Assembly: GCA_013239625.1 (NCBI GenBank)
Contig: MU053594.1
Span: 2,174,127 to 2,238,126, forward strand
Reading direction: 5' to 3'
DNA: 64,000 nucleotides
Source: Lama guanicoe
Taxonomy: Eukaryota
In this document: positions 28,501-42,682 of the stretch, in pieces
How the letters are laid out: each line of letters starts with the position of its first letter
Position numbering within the stretch: the stretch's first letter is position 1
Notes under the pieces: model-generated
Told to the model about the DNA's origin: nothing
Seen by the model: the letters and a program-made list of their open reading frames with translations, nothing else
The model's database searches: none
Position numbers and translations under genes: made by a program

Positions 28501-29599
28501 TTTTGACCCATTAGACTTGAAATGGAAAAAGCTGACACACTCTTCTTGTTGTTAGCTTATAAGCATTAATAGGAATTATAATATTATGTGGATATGTGAT
28601 TATGCACAGTGAAATTCGAAAGCTGAAAGATTATATTGTCTAAAAAGTCTCCAGCAGCCTGCTGCTTCCTTCCACACAGCCTTATTCCTTTAGATTAAAC
28701 AAAGCAAATGAGATAGGCTTCCAAAAGCCACTATCAAAATGTACTTTGATTACCTGGAGAGAAAGTCTCTATGCCGCCTTCCTTTCTGCTATTCTAATTT
28801 TTTCCCCATTAGTTTCATGATTGGGTTAATTAGGTATTTGCCTAGGAAAAAGATAAGCATATAGGCATCACTAATGGGATGTGAGGAAGGCAAGGAAGAG
28901 ACCTCTGGCTGATGATGTGGAAGGGAGGCTCAGGTAGGTGAGCATTGTAATGGAGATTTTGAATATTAGACTGTCCTGATGCAGCTAAAGTCCCAGGGGA
29001 TACTTGTTTCACAATTCTGTCTATTATAAACCTATGCAAAACTTCCATTTTGCCAAGACAGAGATTCACCATCGGCTGACTGCCAACCCCAAGATCAATC
29101 TCAGAGGAACTTTCAGAAACAGTGGGGAAAAACATCAGAGAAATCCCCTGGACAAGGAAGCCTGTTTTGAACTGATTTTGTGTGTGTGTACATCTGAAGC
29201 CTGGGGTAGAAGGCTTCTGTGGAAATTAGCAATAGAGGCTCAAGACAATTGGTGTGTTTTCAAGGATAACAGTCAGGGCAGAACAAAGCCAGCCTGTGGA
29301 AAACTGGTGGGGACTGACTGACCTTGAGTATTTACTCACCGACCACCCCCAAGGTCAGGGGTTTTCTGACCCCTAAGTACCTCCTGTTAAGGCTGCTGCT
29401 TCTTGAGGGGCGGTGGATGGGGTCAGTCTAAAAGTAGGGCCTGACCTGAAGAGTCACTTGGTGGCATGGCACTTGAGCAATTAGTTATGTAGTTTGGTGC
29501 TTGGAGCTCTCCACCCTAGGGTTATCCCTACCCTTCTCCTCGATTTCACTGGATGTTGAAACAGACTGGGATCTGCCCTTTGGTCTTTTCCCATACTAA

Positions 29600-32500
29600 A
29601 TGCTAAGACAGAACAGCTGATACCATCAGAGAAATATATGCTCATAGGCCAAAGTAATGGGATATTTCAGAAGCACAACTACTTCAAAAGAAAGCGACAA
29701 CCTGGATTACAGATGCTGCCAGAAGCAAATACGTTAAATTCAATGGTTAACAAATATAAAGTAAGCATAATAAATAAATGACAGTGAAATTATAAAAGTC
29801 AGGAGGAAATACTAGGCACGAAATATGTGTGTAATAGTAGAAATAACACAACAGATCAGATGGCTAGTAGAATAGACATAACTGAAAAACGAATTAGTGA
29901 GCTGGAAGATCAGATTAAGGAGCTCTTCGAGAAGGAAGCAGGGAAGAATAAAGGAAAAGAATGTATGAGATTTAAGTTAAGAGATAAAGAAGATTGAATT
30001 GGAATATGAACTTCAACTTATAGATAACTAGAATGTCAGAAGAAGAGGAAAATAAAAGTGGAGAAGAGGAAATACTTGAAGAAGTGGAAATAAATTCCCC
30101 AGAAATAAATAAAGATGAAAGATGTCATATTTATGCAGTTCTGAACAAGAGCCATAAGGAGAAACTAACCCTAGTAATATTATAATGAAATTAAAGTTTT
30201 TATAGGCGAAGATAAAATTCTAAAAGTTTCTAGAACAGATCAACGATAGAGGAACAATGATCATCCGGTTCTCAGACTTTTCAAGAGCAACCAGAAGATA
30301 ATGGTAATATTTTTAAAGTATTGAAGAGACAAAAGAACTTTGAGCCTGAATTTATATCCAGCCAAATTGTCAATTAAATGTGGGGGTATAAAAATATGTT
30401 CAGGTATATAAGGTCTCAAAAGGTTTGTCACTCAAAAACCCATATTGAAAACAGTATTGGAAAAGGTCCTCAAATAGGACAAGAAGCAAATCCAGGAGAT
30501 GCTACTGGAGATGTCTGAAGTAAAGGTAATCAAATACCTGGATAAAGTTTACTGTTGTCTTTCCAAAACTAGAAAAGACCAAAGAAAAGAAAATAAGAAA
30601 GCATGTTTACATTAAACTAGACTTAAATTCTACACAATATCAAATAGTGGTGTCTTTAAGTTAGACATTTTTAAGATAGAAAAATAAAACAGGATAAATT
30701 TAAAGAAAATAGAAGGAAGGAGATGAGAAAAAAATTGCAAAAAGAAAATAGAAGGAAGGAGATGAGAAAAAAAATTGCTAAAGAAAATAGAAGGAAGGAG
30801 ATGAGAAAAAAAATTGAATAGACAAAAAAATACAGTACAGAAGATCAATAGAACCAAAAGTTGATTCTTTGGGAAAAAAAAAACTAATAAAATAGACAAG
30901 CCTTTGGCAAGAATGATCAAGGGAAAAAGAAAAGTAATTTAAAAACTAATATTCTCTTATCATCTTTTAATCTCAACTTTAAAACCTCAAGAGTCTGGAG
31001 CTTGAATGAGATGAGAGCAAAATATGTCCATTTTATTATTCATAATATCATTTTCACACTATATGAAAATATTTGAAGTAAATGAAATGGACAACTTTCT
31101 AGAAAAATATAATCTACCAATTAAATTAAGAAGAAATAGAAGGCCTTAATAGTACTGTAACTTAAAGAAATTAAAGCCATTAAAAAAATCATCTCACAAA
31201 TAAAACATTGGGCCAAGCGGTTTTGCAGGCAATTCTACTAAACTTTTAAGGAACATGTCATCTTAAACTTAGTACAAACTGTAACAAAGAACACTCCCTA
31301 ACTCATTTACGAGGCCATATAATCTTGATCTTCAAACGAGACAAGGATAGTATGAGAAAAGAAAATTCCAAATTATTTCCTCAGTGTACAAATCCTAAAT
31401 AAAATATTTGCAAATTAAGTCCAACGGAGTATGCAAAGTAAAATATACCACGTAGAGTTTTCCTAAGAATGCAAATAGATTTATAGAAAATCTATAATGT
31501 AATTCGCAACATTAGCAGCTTCCAGGACAAAAATAACACGGTCATTTTAAAAAGATATGCAGAAATATTTTATAGAAATTGAGCATAAATTCATGATAAA
31601 AATTCTTAGCAAATCAAGAATTTGCTTATCCTGATGAAGGATAATTATGTTGTGGCAAACATTATACTTACTGGAGAATAAATAGTAGCATTCCTTTAAC
31701 ATCAGAAATGAGACAAGGGTGTCCAGTATCATCATTTCTATTCAGCTTTGTATTGATAGTTTTAGATAATGCAATAAGGCAAAAAAAAAAAAATAGAGAC
31801 ATAAAGACTGGAAAAGAAGAAGTAGAATTGTCTTTATGTGCTGATGACATGATTGCCTCATAGGAAATCAAAGACTCCTGGGGCAAAGTATTATATCATT
31901 TGAAATAATAGGAGAATTTAGCAAAGTCAGTTCATTCTTATACGCCAGGAACAAATAACCGTAAAAAGAAATGTAAAAGTAAAAATCACTTGTGATATAT
32001 TTTAAAAAATTAGATACATAGGAATAAAATTTTTTTAAAAGATGTGCAGGACTTCCTTGGAGAAAATGTAAAACTATGGCGATTCATTTTATTAAAGGTC
32101 CTGAATAAATGAAGAGAAAACTATGGTACATATTTCTTCTTTCTTTAATGGAAAAAAAACCCCTTAATATTATATATATATTTCAATTCTCCTCATACTG
32201 GCTTATAGACTTAATGCAATTCCAACAAAAGTTTCCATAGTATTTTAATGGAACTTGATAGTTAATTCTGAAATGTATGTGGAAGAATAAAGGATTAAGA
32301 TGTCAAACATTTTTAAAGACAAGTAGGGAGGGGAGATTTGCTTTGTTAGATAACAGAGTTTATTTTGAAGCTGTAGTATATGAAGACAGTATGATACTTA
32401 TTCAGAAATAGAAAAATAAACTTTTGGGCAGATAGAAAACTCAGAAACAGACCCATATATATTTGGAACTTTGATATATGATTGGTGTGGCTTGGCAGAT

Positions 32501-33780
32501 CAATGGGCAATGGAGGGACTTTCAATAAATGTATTTGTAAAAACTGGTTATCTACATGGATAAAATGATATTGATTACTATCTCATATCACTTGTAAAAA
32601 TGAACTCCAGATAAAAGTGAACTCCAGATAAATTAAGGGCTTAATGTTAAAAGTAAAATTTTATACATTTTCTTAAAAAAATATAGGTTAACATCTTTCT
32701 GACTTTGAGGTAGGGAAGCATTTATTAAAGACATAATAAAGCTTCTAACCATAAAAGAAAAGCTCAACAAATCTGATTACATTAAAATTAAGATCTGAAC
32801 ACCAAAAGATATCTTACAAAAAGAAAAGAGAGAAGGTACCGACTGAAAGAGGGTATTTGCAACATAATTAACCAACAAAGGATTAATAGTGAGATTAGAT
32901 GGCAGTCTCCTCAAATCGATAAGGAAATGATAAACAATCCAATAGAAAATGGGCAAGAAAGACAAACAGGAATGTAGCAGAGAGGAAAACACAGATGATC
33001 AATAAAATCATTATGAGAAAGTCAATTTCATTATTTACTGGGGAAGGCATATTAAAATCACAGTGATATATCAATTTACACCCATTCCGTGGGCAACAAT
33101 TAAGAAGTGGGACAAGGCAAATTATTGAAGAGAATGAGAATTAACGAGGTGTCTCATACAAACTCTTGGGAGTATAAATGGGCACAACCACTCTGCAAAG
33201 TTTTTCATTATCTAATGTTGAACATATCCTATAACTCAGCAATTCTACCTGCAGGTATATACCCAAGAAAAACTCTATGTGCAATAGGAGACATAAAGCA
33301 AGACTCTTCCCCCAGCACCTACTGCACTCTTAGTGTTGGCAAGATAAATACCTGAAGCATCCCAAATACATTTATCGATAGAAAATAGATAAATAAATTG
33401 TGGTAATTGCTCACAATGGCATATTATACAGTAAAATAAATAGCTATATGCAAAAATACAAATAATCTGAGCAATACAATCTCTTTAAAAAAGGAAGTTC
33501 CCAAGGATTTTATAGAGCATAATACACTTTTATAATGTTGAAAACAAAGAAAATTGAACAATGTAATTATTAGGAATACAAATATATGATAAAGCTATAA
33601 TTTCAAAAACCAATTATAATAATAATAACTGCAAGATTCAAGGAAGGGGAAATAGAGGGCTAGATTGGGGAGAAGCCCGTGGGTGGGTGTAAATGATTGT
33701 TAATGTTCTAATTCTTGTATTGCGTGGTTGGTTCACATGTGTTTATATCATTAATAATAATAAATACATAAATAAGGGCA
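29600..33780 (+). mobile_element. Large degenerate L1 (ORF1, ORF2 and 3' UTR remnants)
   Basis: A-rich; ORF2 motifs aatagacaagcctttggcaaga, gagacaagggtgtcca, gctgatgacatgattg (ADDMI), ccattccgtgggcaacaatt; many stop codons. Confidence 0.85.
30702..30816. repeat. Tandem repeat, about 3 x 39 bp (aaagaaaatagaaggaaggagatgagaaaaaaattgc..)
   Basis: Near-identical units starting at 30702, 30741 and 30780. Confidence 0.9.
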
Positions 33781-36700
33781 CAGTATATATAACTAAAAAC
33801 AAAAGAGGGTCATGCTTAGACCAGGGATGAGTGTTACAAATGAAAGATAATCCGATTCTGTGCACTTGAGTGGAAAAACAAGAATGATAACTCCCCCATT
33901 ATGTTTTCCTCTTATCATTAGTTATCACTTAATCCACTCAGCAATCCTATTTTTCGTTACTACTGTGATCTCCTTTTTCCAGATGAATCAGATCGTAGTG
34001 AGTTAACATAACTTGCTTGAATCCACAAAGCTGGCACATGGTAGATCCCAGAGTTTGAAGTCTCATCTGTTTGATTCTAGGGCTGACCCCTTAACCACTG
34101 GGTTAGGCTCCAGGTCATTAAGACTGTTTTAACCACTAGGATACCAACCTAGAATAGTTGTTCTACTGAGAATAACAACCTCTAGATATTTGAAGGTTAG
34201 AGATCACCTAGCGTTTAAGCATTTTGCCAAACTAAGTATGCCGCGGCAAGTGGAGGAATTTGTACATGCTTGTCATAATGGAAAAGCTGTGTTAAAATGA
34301 AGTGTCATTGAGTAATAAGAATTTGAATGCAAGAGAGCTCAAGTAAGAAATGTCATGCGCCGTTGGATCAGGAGTGATTCATTCCTCTAGTCTGCATAAT
34401 GTTCCTTTTCCATATGCCCACGCAGGAATGTAAAGATATGGAGAGAATGTTCACAAAGCCTTTTTTGTGGTTGTAAATTTGCTCTACACCTAATTTGTTC
34501 TGCCTGGTGACCTCACCCAAGCTCCCTTCCTTCTGATTTCTGGATTTTTTTTTTTTTTTAAAAGAATACCAGGTGTGAAGCCCACGCCCCCTCTACTGGT
34601 CAGCCACGTTTTGTCATAAATGTCTTCCTAAACAGGCATCCATCTATTCCTGTGAGTAAAGATAATTTGAGGCTTATTTTTAGTGCTTTGCTGTTTTTTT
34701 GGAGTGTAGCGCTGACAGTGAGAAAGAGAGAGGAGTATGCATATTTTTTTTTTTGGAATAAGACAGAATGTCACCAAGAACCTGGTTTGTAGGCAGATGC
34801 CATATAATGGCTTACACAGAATCTTTGGGGGCAGGATATCAGAGGTGTGGAGATCAGCTTGCCAGGCAGCATCTTCAGCCTTCACTTGACAGCTAAAAAA
34901 TCGATTAATTTTCTGCAGCACCTCATCAAAGTAAATTTATTAGGTAATCTCCAGACAGATGTCTGTCATTTTGGTTGTGTCTCTACCGCATTTCCGCTGA
35001 AGATGGTGTTCTCTTCTTCCTGTGTTTACATGGCAAATCTATTCATCAGAGTAAAATGAGGACCTCTGAGGGCAGAAATCACATTTAATTTTCTGTCAGG
35101 TTCGGCCCCCAACTCCCAAATAGTGCACACCACATGGTAAATAACAATTATGCTACTTAGCTACCCTTCTCAAATTGCCATGTGAGGACACAAAACATCC
35201 CCATCCAGTAGCCCAAGGAAATCCAAGTCAGAAGGATGAAAGAGGACGCTGACCACTCCCCAGAAGACTAAGTACAGTCATTTCATTGTTGTGCCCATAA
35301 TCACTATTCGACCAGAAACATTTCAGGATTTGTTGGTTCCAAGACGTTGAAGTTCAATAACCAAGTTCGGAAAACATCTATTAAAATGACTTCCCTTTTC
35401 CTCCACCCCTGAACCTCCAAATCCTTAAATACTAGAGAGGGCAAAACCATAGGATTCTTTTATTCTTTTCAACACACATAACCCTTGACCACAAAACCTT
35501 GACAGAAATACAGAAGCAACTCTGAGCGTCAAAAAGCAGACAGGAGGCAGCAGGGTCTGTCGGGGGAGGGGTAGCCAGGAGCCTGGGGTTCTGGTCTCAG
35601 CTCCACCAAGTCTAGCTCAGTAACCATTGGAGAATCACTTCCATTTAGTTCGTGCCTCAGTTTTCTAATGTGTAAAGTAGTGATAATCATACCTGCTATG
35701 TGTACTAACCTCCCTGGGTAGGTGATGCATGAGAAAGCGCTTTGTGAACTCCTTGTTCCGAGGTCCTCTTCTGTCTCTGTTCTGTTTGGAACAATGTCAT
35801 ACCCACTGTTTCTACTCCATTACACATCATATACTGGAGATTTCTGGCCGCCCTCACACTGGGGCAAGCGAGGTCTACCCTGGCTTTAGAGGGCCTTGCA
35901 TGTCACAACTCCCCCTCACACCCCCTACCCCCAACACACAAATTAGTCAAGAGCACACGGCATTTACTAGGCATTCAGCATTGACATAGCATGGCTATAA
36001 GCCTAAATATCCACTTTCATAACTAACACTGATTAACCCCCAGAAAAATGTTTCTGCACATCTCTGGCCTTACGTCATCACAACAGGCAATGGCTGCCTC
36101 TGCCTTGGAATGCTGGAAAGGTCTGTGGGCTGTGCTTTTCCCAAAGACAGAGGCCCACACTGCTTTCAATTCTGGGGAGTATTTGGTGATGACAGTGCTT
36201 GGGCAAGAGGAAAGAGAAATGAATCATTTCTTCAACTTTCTCTTTCAACGAGAATGACAGCATTTTTCCATATCCAGTTACTGTTCTCCAATAGTGCTGA
36301 GTGTAAATTTGTTTTACTTCTTTTGTGTTTACAGATTTAGGGTGATTTCACAACTGTTGCATGTGGCGGCTGAGGAATATTTTGCAACTTCAGATAATTT
36401 ATATCTCTCTTCAACTGTATATATGAAAGTCTTACAACATTTATGAAGTGTGATACCAATTCTTTGCACTGCGACTAGAAGGACAGTAAATTCTGAAGAA
36501 TCATTTTCTTTTTATAAACCATTAGTCATGTATAATTAAATTTTCAAACACTGAATTTAAAATGTTTAATTTAAAATATTGACCTTTATTAATTTTAAAT
36601 TACATTTTCCTTTTAATTTTAATAAAGGCTTTTGAATATTTTAGAAGAGACGTAACTTGTTTGCCAATGTACTTTTTTATTTTTTACATTTTACTTTTAA

Positions 36701-36976
36701 AAATAATTTTACTTCTTTTTTTACATTTATTTTAGTTTACATTTATGATGAAAATATGACATTTTAATACAGTTTGAACACACTTACATTTCAGTTTTAT
36801 ATCATTATTGTCAGTAAAACACAAATCATGTGAATATCTTCATTATGACATCTTAATTAGTGATTTTACTAAAACAAAAGCAAGAAAAACAGTAGATACT
36901 CCATAAATATTGGTTGAGTGAGTAGATAAATTGCAATTTTAAAAAATATTAAACCACCTTTAAGAGTATGAATTCT

Positions 36977-37112
36977 GGTGGGGAGGGTATAGCTCAGTGG
37001 CAGAGTGCATACCTAGCATGCATGAGGTCCTGGGTTCAATCTCCAGTACCTCCACTAAATAAATAAATAAACTGAATTATCTCCCCCCAAACAAACAAGC
37101 AAGCAAACAAAC
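36977..37112 (+). mobile_element. tRNA-Ala-derived SINE (vic-1-like)
   Basis: Head ggggagggtatagctcagtgg; (aaac)n tail; TSD agtatgaa(t/c)tct. Confidence 0.9.
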
Positions 37113-37447
37113 AAAAGTATGAACTCTACCTGAGAACACTAAAAATCTATTGTATGAATTTCTCAAATGGGGATTTTTCAAATTTTTCAAATGGGGATTT
37201 TTCAAATGGGGTTATCAGAGAAGTTCCATGACTGAGGAGGGGGAGGGATTTCTCAAAGTCTTTCTTAAACATACTGCATCTTCTGGAATACAAACTTTCC
37301 CTTTAAGCTTTTATTTATATATGGAAAACAGAGTAGGTGTGAGATTTAAACAAATAAGATAAACATAGGACTTCGGAGAAATGTTTGTTTCCTAAAGATT
37401 GTGTTGAGCCACTATCCCAGGGCTGTAGATTTACACGCACGGGTGCT

Positions 37448-37474
37448 TGTGTGTGTGTGTGTGTGTGTGTGTGT
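37448..37474. repeat. (TG)n microsatellite, about 13 units
   Basis: Directly visible. Confidence 0.95.
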
Positions 37475-38544
37475 CTAATGTGCTGTGCACAGCTGGCACT
37501 CTTTCAGTCTGTGACTGGAAAAGTTTAAGAAGCACTGAAAGAGGTAATAAACAAATGATTATCGGACAAGATTAGTGTGCCTGGGGAGGGATTGTTGAAA
37601 TCCTTTAAAAGTCCTTCATTTGAAGAGGAGTGAGGCATTATACCATGTTACCAGCTTGGTGGATTGTTTTTGGGTGTGGCACTAATGGGACCAAGTCATT
37701 CATTCTGTTCCAGTGGGCTGGCACACTGAGTTCTTCTACTCTGCTGAGATGGCCCAGTCTTGGTCAACCTGGTATAAGGCTGCTTGGCCATTAGCAAAAG
37801 GGAAGGACAGAGGACACAGCGCAACCTAACAGTGCTTTGAAAGAACAACTAAGTGGACGCCTTCAACTGAATGTGGGTGAGTACTGCTTCCGTCGTGCGG
37901 GTCTGAGTTCTTGCTTCCTCTGCGGCACTACGAAATCCTGAGTGAGCTCCAACCTCCTTTCTGTTCCTCTCTGCTCTATTTTCTCAGTTCTGCAACATGA
38001 GAGTGGTAACACCAGGAAGAGGAGGCAGAAAAAAAGAAACAATATCAGGAGTTAGGTGACCTGGTCCTAGTTCTGCCGTGGGCACCAAGTAGTTAGGAAA
38101 CTTGGTGCAAGTTTGTTGAACTTTGCTAGGCCCCCTTTCCCTCATTTATAAATGAGAGTTTTATAAATGATGATGATTTCTAAAATTCCTTCGAATTCTA
38201 ATGTTCTGGATTATTTTTGAACACTTTCCTGCAAAGTTTTCCTTTTATTTTTGTAACTCCCCTAAAGTGGAGACTTAATGAAATTGAAAAAGAGGCTTAA
38301 TCAGAAAGCTTTCAGGAACTCTGTTAGGGTCCATGAATTTCCAAGCTTTTAAAGATAGAAAGTTTCTACGTGTAGTTCTGATTTTGAATTGGAAGCATCA
38401 ATATGAATGCTTGATGTGCATTAAAACATTTGCCTAGATCTGTCAGTGGAAAAGGCTTAGAAATAGAGACCAAACCAGGAGGAATGAGCACCCCTAGCAC
38501 CCAGACTATATATACTAGGTTTCTCTAGACTAATCAAGGCATGT

Positions 38545-39170
38545 AGTGGGTGCTGTGGTGTAGCACCCAGATCTCCCTTTCAGGGTGAAGGCCTCATTCT
38601 CCCAGTGCTGGAAACGTTGGCAGCTGCCGGCTCTCGGCTGAGTCACTATCTGGGCATTGCCCTAAACCAAGATTTCTCACCCTCAGTACTACTGACACTT
38701 TGGACTGGGTAAATCTGCATTATCTGCCCTGTGCGTTAGAAGATGTTCAGTAGAATCCCTGCTTTCCACCCACTAGATACTAATAGTTCTCCACTCTTGG
38801 TTGTGACAACTGTGTGTCCTTGTTGGGCAGGGGTGCAAAATGGCCTTGACTGAGAACCACCGCCCTAAAATGAAGAGAGCCACTTCACCCAAGGTTACAC
38901 CCTTCTCCCCAGGGCCTTCTCCCCACTGGTTAATGTAGGTTATAAAAGTCAGGCTCTCTTGACTCAAAGCAAGACAGCTTGAAGGGCTAGACCATGTCTA
39001 GCACCCTCTGTGGGATTGGTTGTGGGTGCCCATTGTTCACCTCCCTCTACCCACTCCTAATTCTGTCACTGCCCAGCAGGTGCTGATTCTGAGGGCAGTC
39101 CCCAGTAAACTTCTGGCATGGAAATATTTAACTCGGAGTCTTTCCTGGGGAAAGAAAACCTGAGGCAGGG
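38545..39170. mobile_element. ERVL LTR (LTR16-like) with a nested MER20-like element at about 38668-38862
   Basis: LTR motifs tgtagtgggtgctgtggtg...tcccagtaaacttctg; MER20-like atttctcaccctcagtactactgacactttgg...tgagaaccac. Confidence 0.55.
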
Positions 39171-40480
39171 TTTCTTGAAGGAATGGCTGATTCCTGGTCT
39201 GAAACAGGAAATATGCCAGATAAGGCTTGGAACACCTTCTGAGGTCAGAAAGCAAGGAAGCTGTCAAAGAGTACCAGGTTCATGTCAGAAGGATTCAGCA
39301 GGCAACTTGGATAAGCATTCATGGGTTAAGATGGTCAAATGTGAGCATCAGTAATGGGAGTCACTCAGTGAATTGATGCTTAACATTCATGATATAAAGA
39401 CACGAAAGACCAAAGTTATTGGTTGCTTTGGATGGAGGATGCAAGGAACTACCTCTTTAATTTGAAAACTGATGAAGAAAAGAATTAACATTTTTCTGTT
39501 GTCCTTACATTATCTTTATCAGATATATACAGATATCTAGATCTATCTGTATCTATTTAGATAAATGATAAGGGAAAGATTAATAGAGAGGAAATGATGG
39601 AAATAAAACGTCACTGTTTTGCAGTCCCTGAAGAATTAATGACCTTAAGCCATAGTCATCAATGGCTGATCACTTTAGAGGCAGAAATCATGTACCCAGC
39701 AATCATGGACCTCCTGATACACAGCGGATTAGTCACCACTGCCGTGTAGTGGTCTTGTGGGAAGTTCAGGGGGCAGTCCTTAGGACAGCCCTCACTTCTG
39801 GCATCCATTGCAAGTTTGGGGATTCCTAAAACCACCCTTCGTTTTGGTAATTCTCTAGAAGGACTCACAGAATCCACCGCAAGGGTTTAGAGATTACCTT
39901 TCACAAATCAAAAGCCAGATCCCTGTGGGGCAGGATTAGATTTTTGACTACATGTCTTGCAAAACAAAACCCCAAACTAACCTACATTGAACTGCCTTTA
40001 GATGCAATTAACAATTTACAGGAAACATAAGGAACAGAGAACATGTTAAACGACAACTATACGGACGCAAATTCAGTTCGTGGGAAATTCTACAGACAAT
40101 CAACCTGGCATTTTTGATGCAAGAAATTGCCAGGGGAAAAAAGGTATGGAAGAGGAGCCTATAGATTAAAGCACAAAAAGGCACGTCCCTCAGTTGCAAT
40201 GTGTCTTGTCTGGACACAAATGGAGAAGCTGAAAATATTTACAAGACAATAAGATGTGTGAACACTGATCAGCTATTGATGGGATTAAGGAATTATTGGT
40301 AATTTTTGCCTTTGGTAATTGTATTATGGTCATGCATACAGAATAAAAAGAATCTTTATTTCGTAAAGACGCATACTGTAAGATTTACAGGTGAAATGCT
40401 ATGCCTGGAATTTGCTTCAAAATAAGCTGGGGTGAATGAGTAGCGGGTACCGTTTTTGATGAAACAAGACTGTGTGTGGC
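39170..40480 (+). mobile_element. L1MC-type 3' region interrupted by a MER21-like LTR fragment (about 39745-39950)
   Basis: Shares motifs with 20140-21385 (aatggctgattcctgg); cctcacttctggc...aagtttgggg...ggactcacagaa matches the reverse complement of the LTR at 55117-55775. Confidence 0.55.
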
Positions 40481-42564
40481 AAGAAAGCAAAAAATATGGG
40501 TTGTGTTGGTTCATGTGTTCATTTTGGCCACTTTAAAGAAATGTAATGCAGGGCACAAGCCACCTTCACTGGGCCTTGTTTTCTGCTGAGGTGCTTGTGT
40601 ACAACAAGCCGTTCTCAGTTCTCCAGCCCCCAGTTTTCTTTGGGCCTTTGAGAGAGCAGGAGTTGGTAGCTTTGGTTGCAGTTGGAACTAATATGCATAG
40701 CCGTTTACGGTGTACAGTCACTGAGACATATAACTGTGTATACAAGACGGTGAGTATATTTCATCTGTTTTTCAAGGAGAATGTTACAGTTTTATTAAGG
40801 TGATACATTTCATATGGATAAACATTATCTCATATTATTCTGTTAAGAACAATATGGGTTTTTTTTTAATTGAAGTATAGTCAGTTTCCACTGTCGTGTC
40901 AATTTCTGGCGTACAGCATGTTTCAGTCATACATGTACATACATTGATCTAAGGAGAAGATCAGTATGTTTTAAAGTTAAAATTAAAAGCTTGGTATTTG
41001 CCATTTAACTATATGTTTATTTTTGTATATCTAAATAAATGCTGAGATGGAATACTAAAATTGTTAAGCAAAGGGAGCTTACGGATGATGAAGAAGAGGA
41101 AATTAGGTGTTTGACAAGAGCACTGAGCTTCAAGTATTTAGTCTGCTCTGAACAAAAAATAGTACAAAGTTATTCTGTGCCTCATTAGCAGAGATTCCAG
41201 GGGTCACTAAACTAACGGAAGAGTCTGTTGACATTTTGTGAATTTTTTTGGCCACAAAACTAAATAACTTTAAACACAGCTTTAAACAAAAGTCTATTTC
41301 TGAAAAGGCTTCTAATACTAATAAGTTCCTAATCCTTACTGTTTCTTGCCAGCAGTTTCTTACATTTAGGCACCTGTGATTTATGCTCCCGTCTTGTGTC
41401 TTCTGACAGTTTTTTTATATTGACTTTTACAAGTTAAGTCCCCAGATTTCTAATAAGAAAACTGCTCAGATTTCTTTTAGAACCAAATTATTTTTGAGGT
41501 TTCTCAGACAGCTGCTGGATAGCACCAAAGATTTACTTTCTCATTTTGTTAAAAGGAGGGGTGTTAGAAATCATTGGGAACTCTTGGTATTCTCTGTACT
41601 GTGGGAGCTGTTTGCGAAGCCTGCGGGGGGCAGACAAGCTGCAGATCAACCTTCCCTGGGTCAACTGCATACAAGGCAGACAGGTAAGATGTTATTAATA
41701 CTAAAATGAACGTGTTTCAGCAACTATGTTGTCTTCAGGATGGATAGACCGTACTGATGGTCATGTGCAAAGAGCAGTGTGGTAACTGTCAACAAAATGT
41801 ATTCCCCTGTATCAGTTAGTTAGCATACACACTAAATGGGCTAAATTAAAAAGCCTGGAGATCTGTCAATGCCCTAATTCCTTACAAAATATTTATGCAT
41901 TATGTCTCACTTGTCTTTTCGTAGGTACCGTTAGTTTCTATAGTACAGTAACCCTAGCCATTCAATCTTCTCATCAATATATGCTTTTTTTTGTCCCTTT
42001 TCCTTTACAATTGCCTAAAGGCTCCTGCAGTTACACTATAGACCAGTAATGGAGTCTTCTAGAAGAAACATTAAAAGAATCATCACTTCAGGGAAGGCCT
42101 GAAGCAGGTCCTCTTCACTGCTGACACTAAATGAATTAGATTCGCAGGTGGTGGCTTTCCAGAAGCTGATGTCACCACCAAGCACATGGCTGGATGATGT
42201 GACTGAGGCTTTCCAGGACTTTTCTCTAGTTTAAAAGCAGATGAATTTATGACAGTAGACGGCCAATTATACCAAGATTGCAAAACAAGAAATTAATTAT
42301 CTAGGACTGAAAGAAATTAAGATGAAAAATTTGCTTATGGCTAATGTTCTATATTCTATTAGGCAAGTAAGAACACTCCTGTCCAACCTGATTTGTCACT
42401 AATTCTCTATTTAACGAGCTAACTCTGTACAAAGTGGAACAAAACACTCTCTAAATGGTGTCTTATTGCAACTGGTCTCTCAGAGTTCAGAAAAAAAATT
42501 CATAAAAGATCTTAGGAAATGGATTATAAGCTAATAAATCAAGAGGAAAATCTAAGAAAAATGA

Positions 42565-42682
42565 CTTTTTAAACTCACAAACATTTTATTTATTTAAAAA
42601 ATTGAAATGTAATTGACATACAACATTAGTTTCAGATGTACAACACAATGGTTCAGTATTTGTGTATATTGTGAAATGATCA
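42565..42682 (-). mobile_element. Short L1 3'-end insertion
   Basis: TSD ctaagaaaaatga at 42552-42564 and 42683-42695. Confidence 0.75.

Noticed and set aside
30630..30920. ORF with repeated FFSHLLPSIFF; also considered as a CRISPR-like array
   Set aside because: It is the antisense translation of a head-to-tail repeat with no spacers, in eukaryotic DNA
39520..39566. Palindromic-looking AGAT/ATCT stretch
   Set aside because: Degenerate low-complexity microsatellite inside an L1 remnant
41039..41188. 49-codon ATG ORF (MLRWNTKIVKQRELTDDEEEEIRC...)
   Set aside because: No recognisable homology or supporting context; this length is expected by chance
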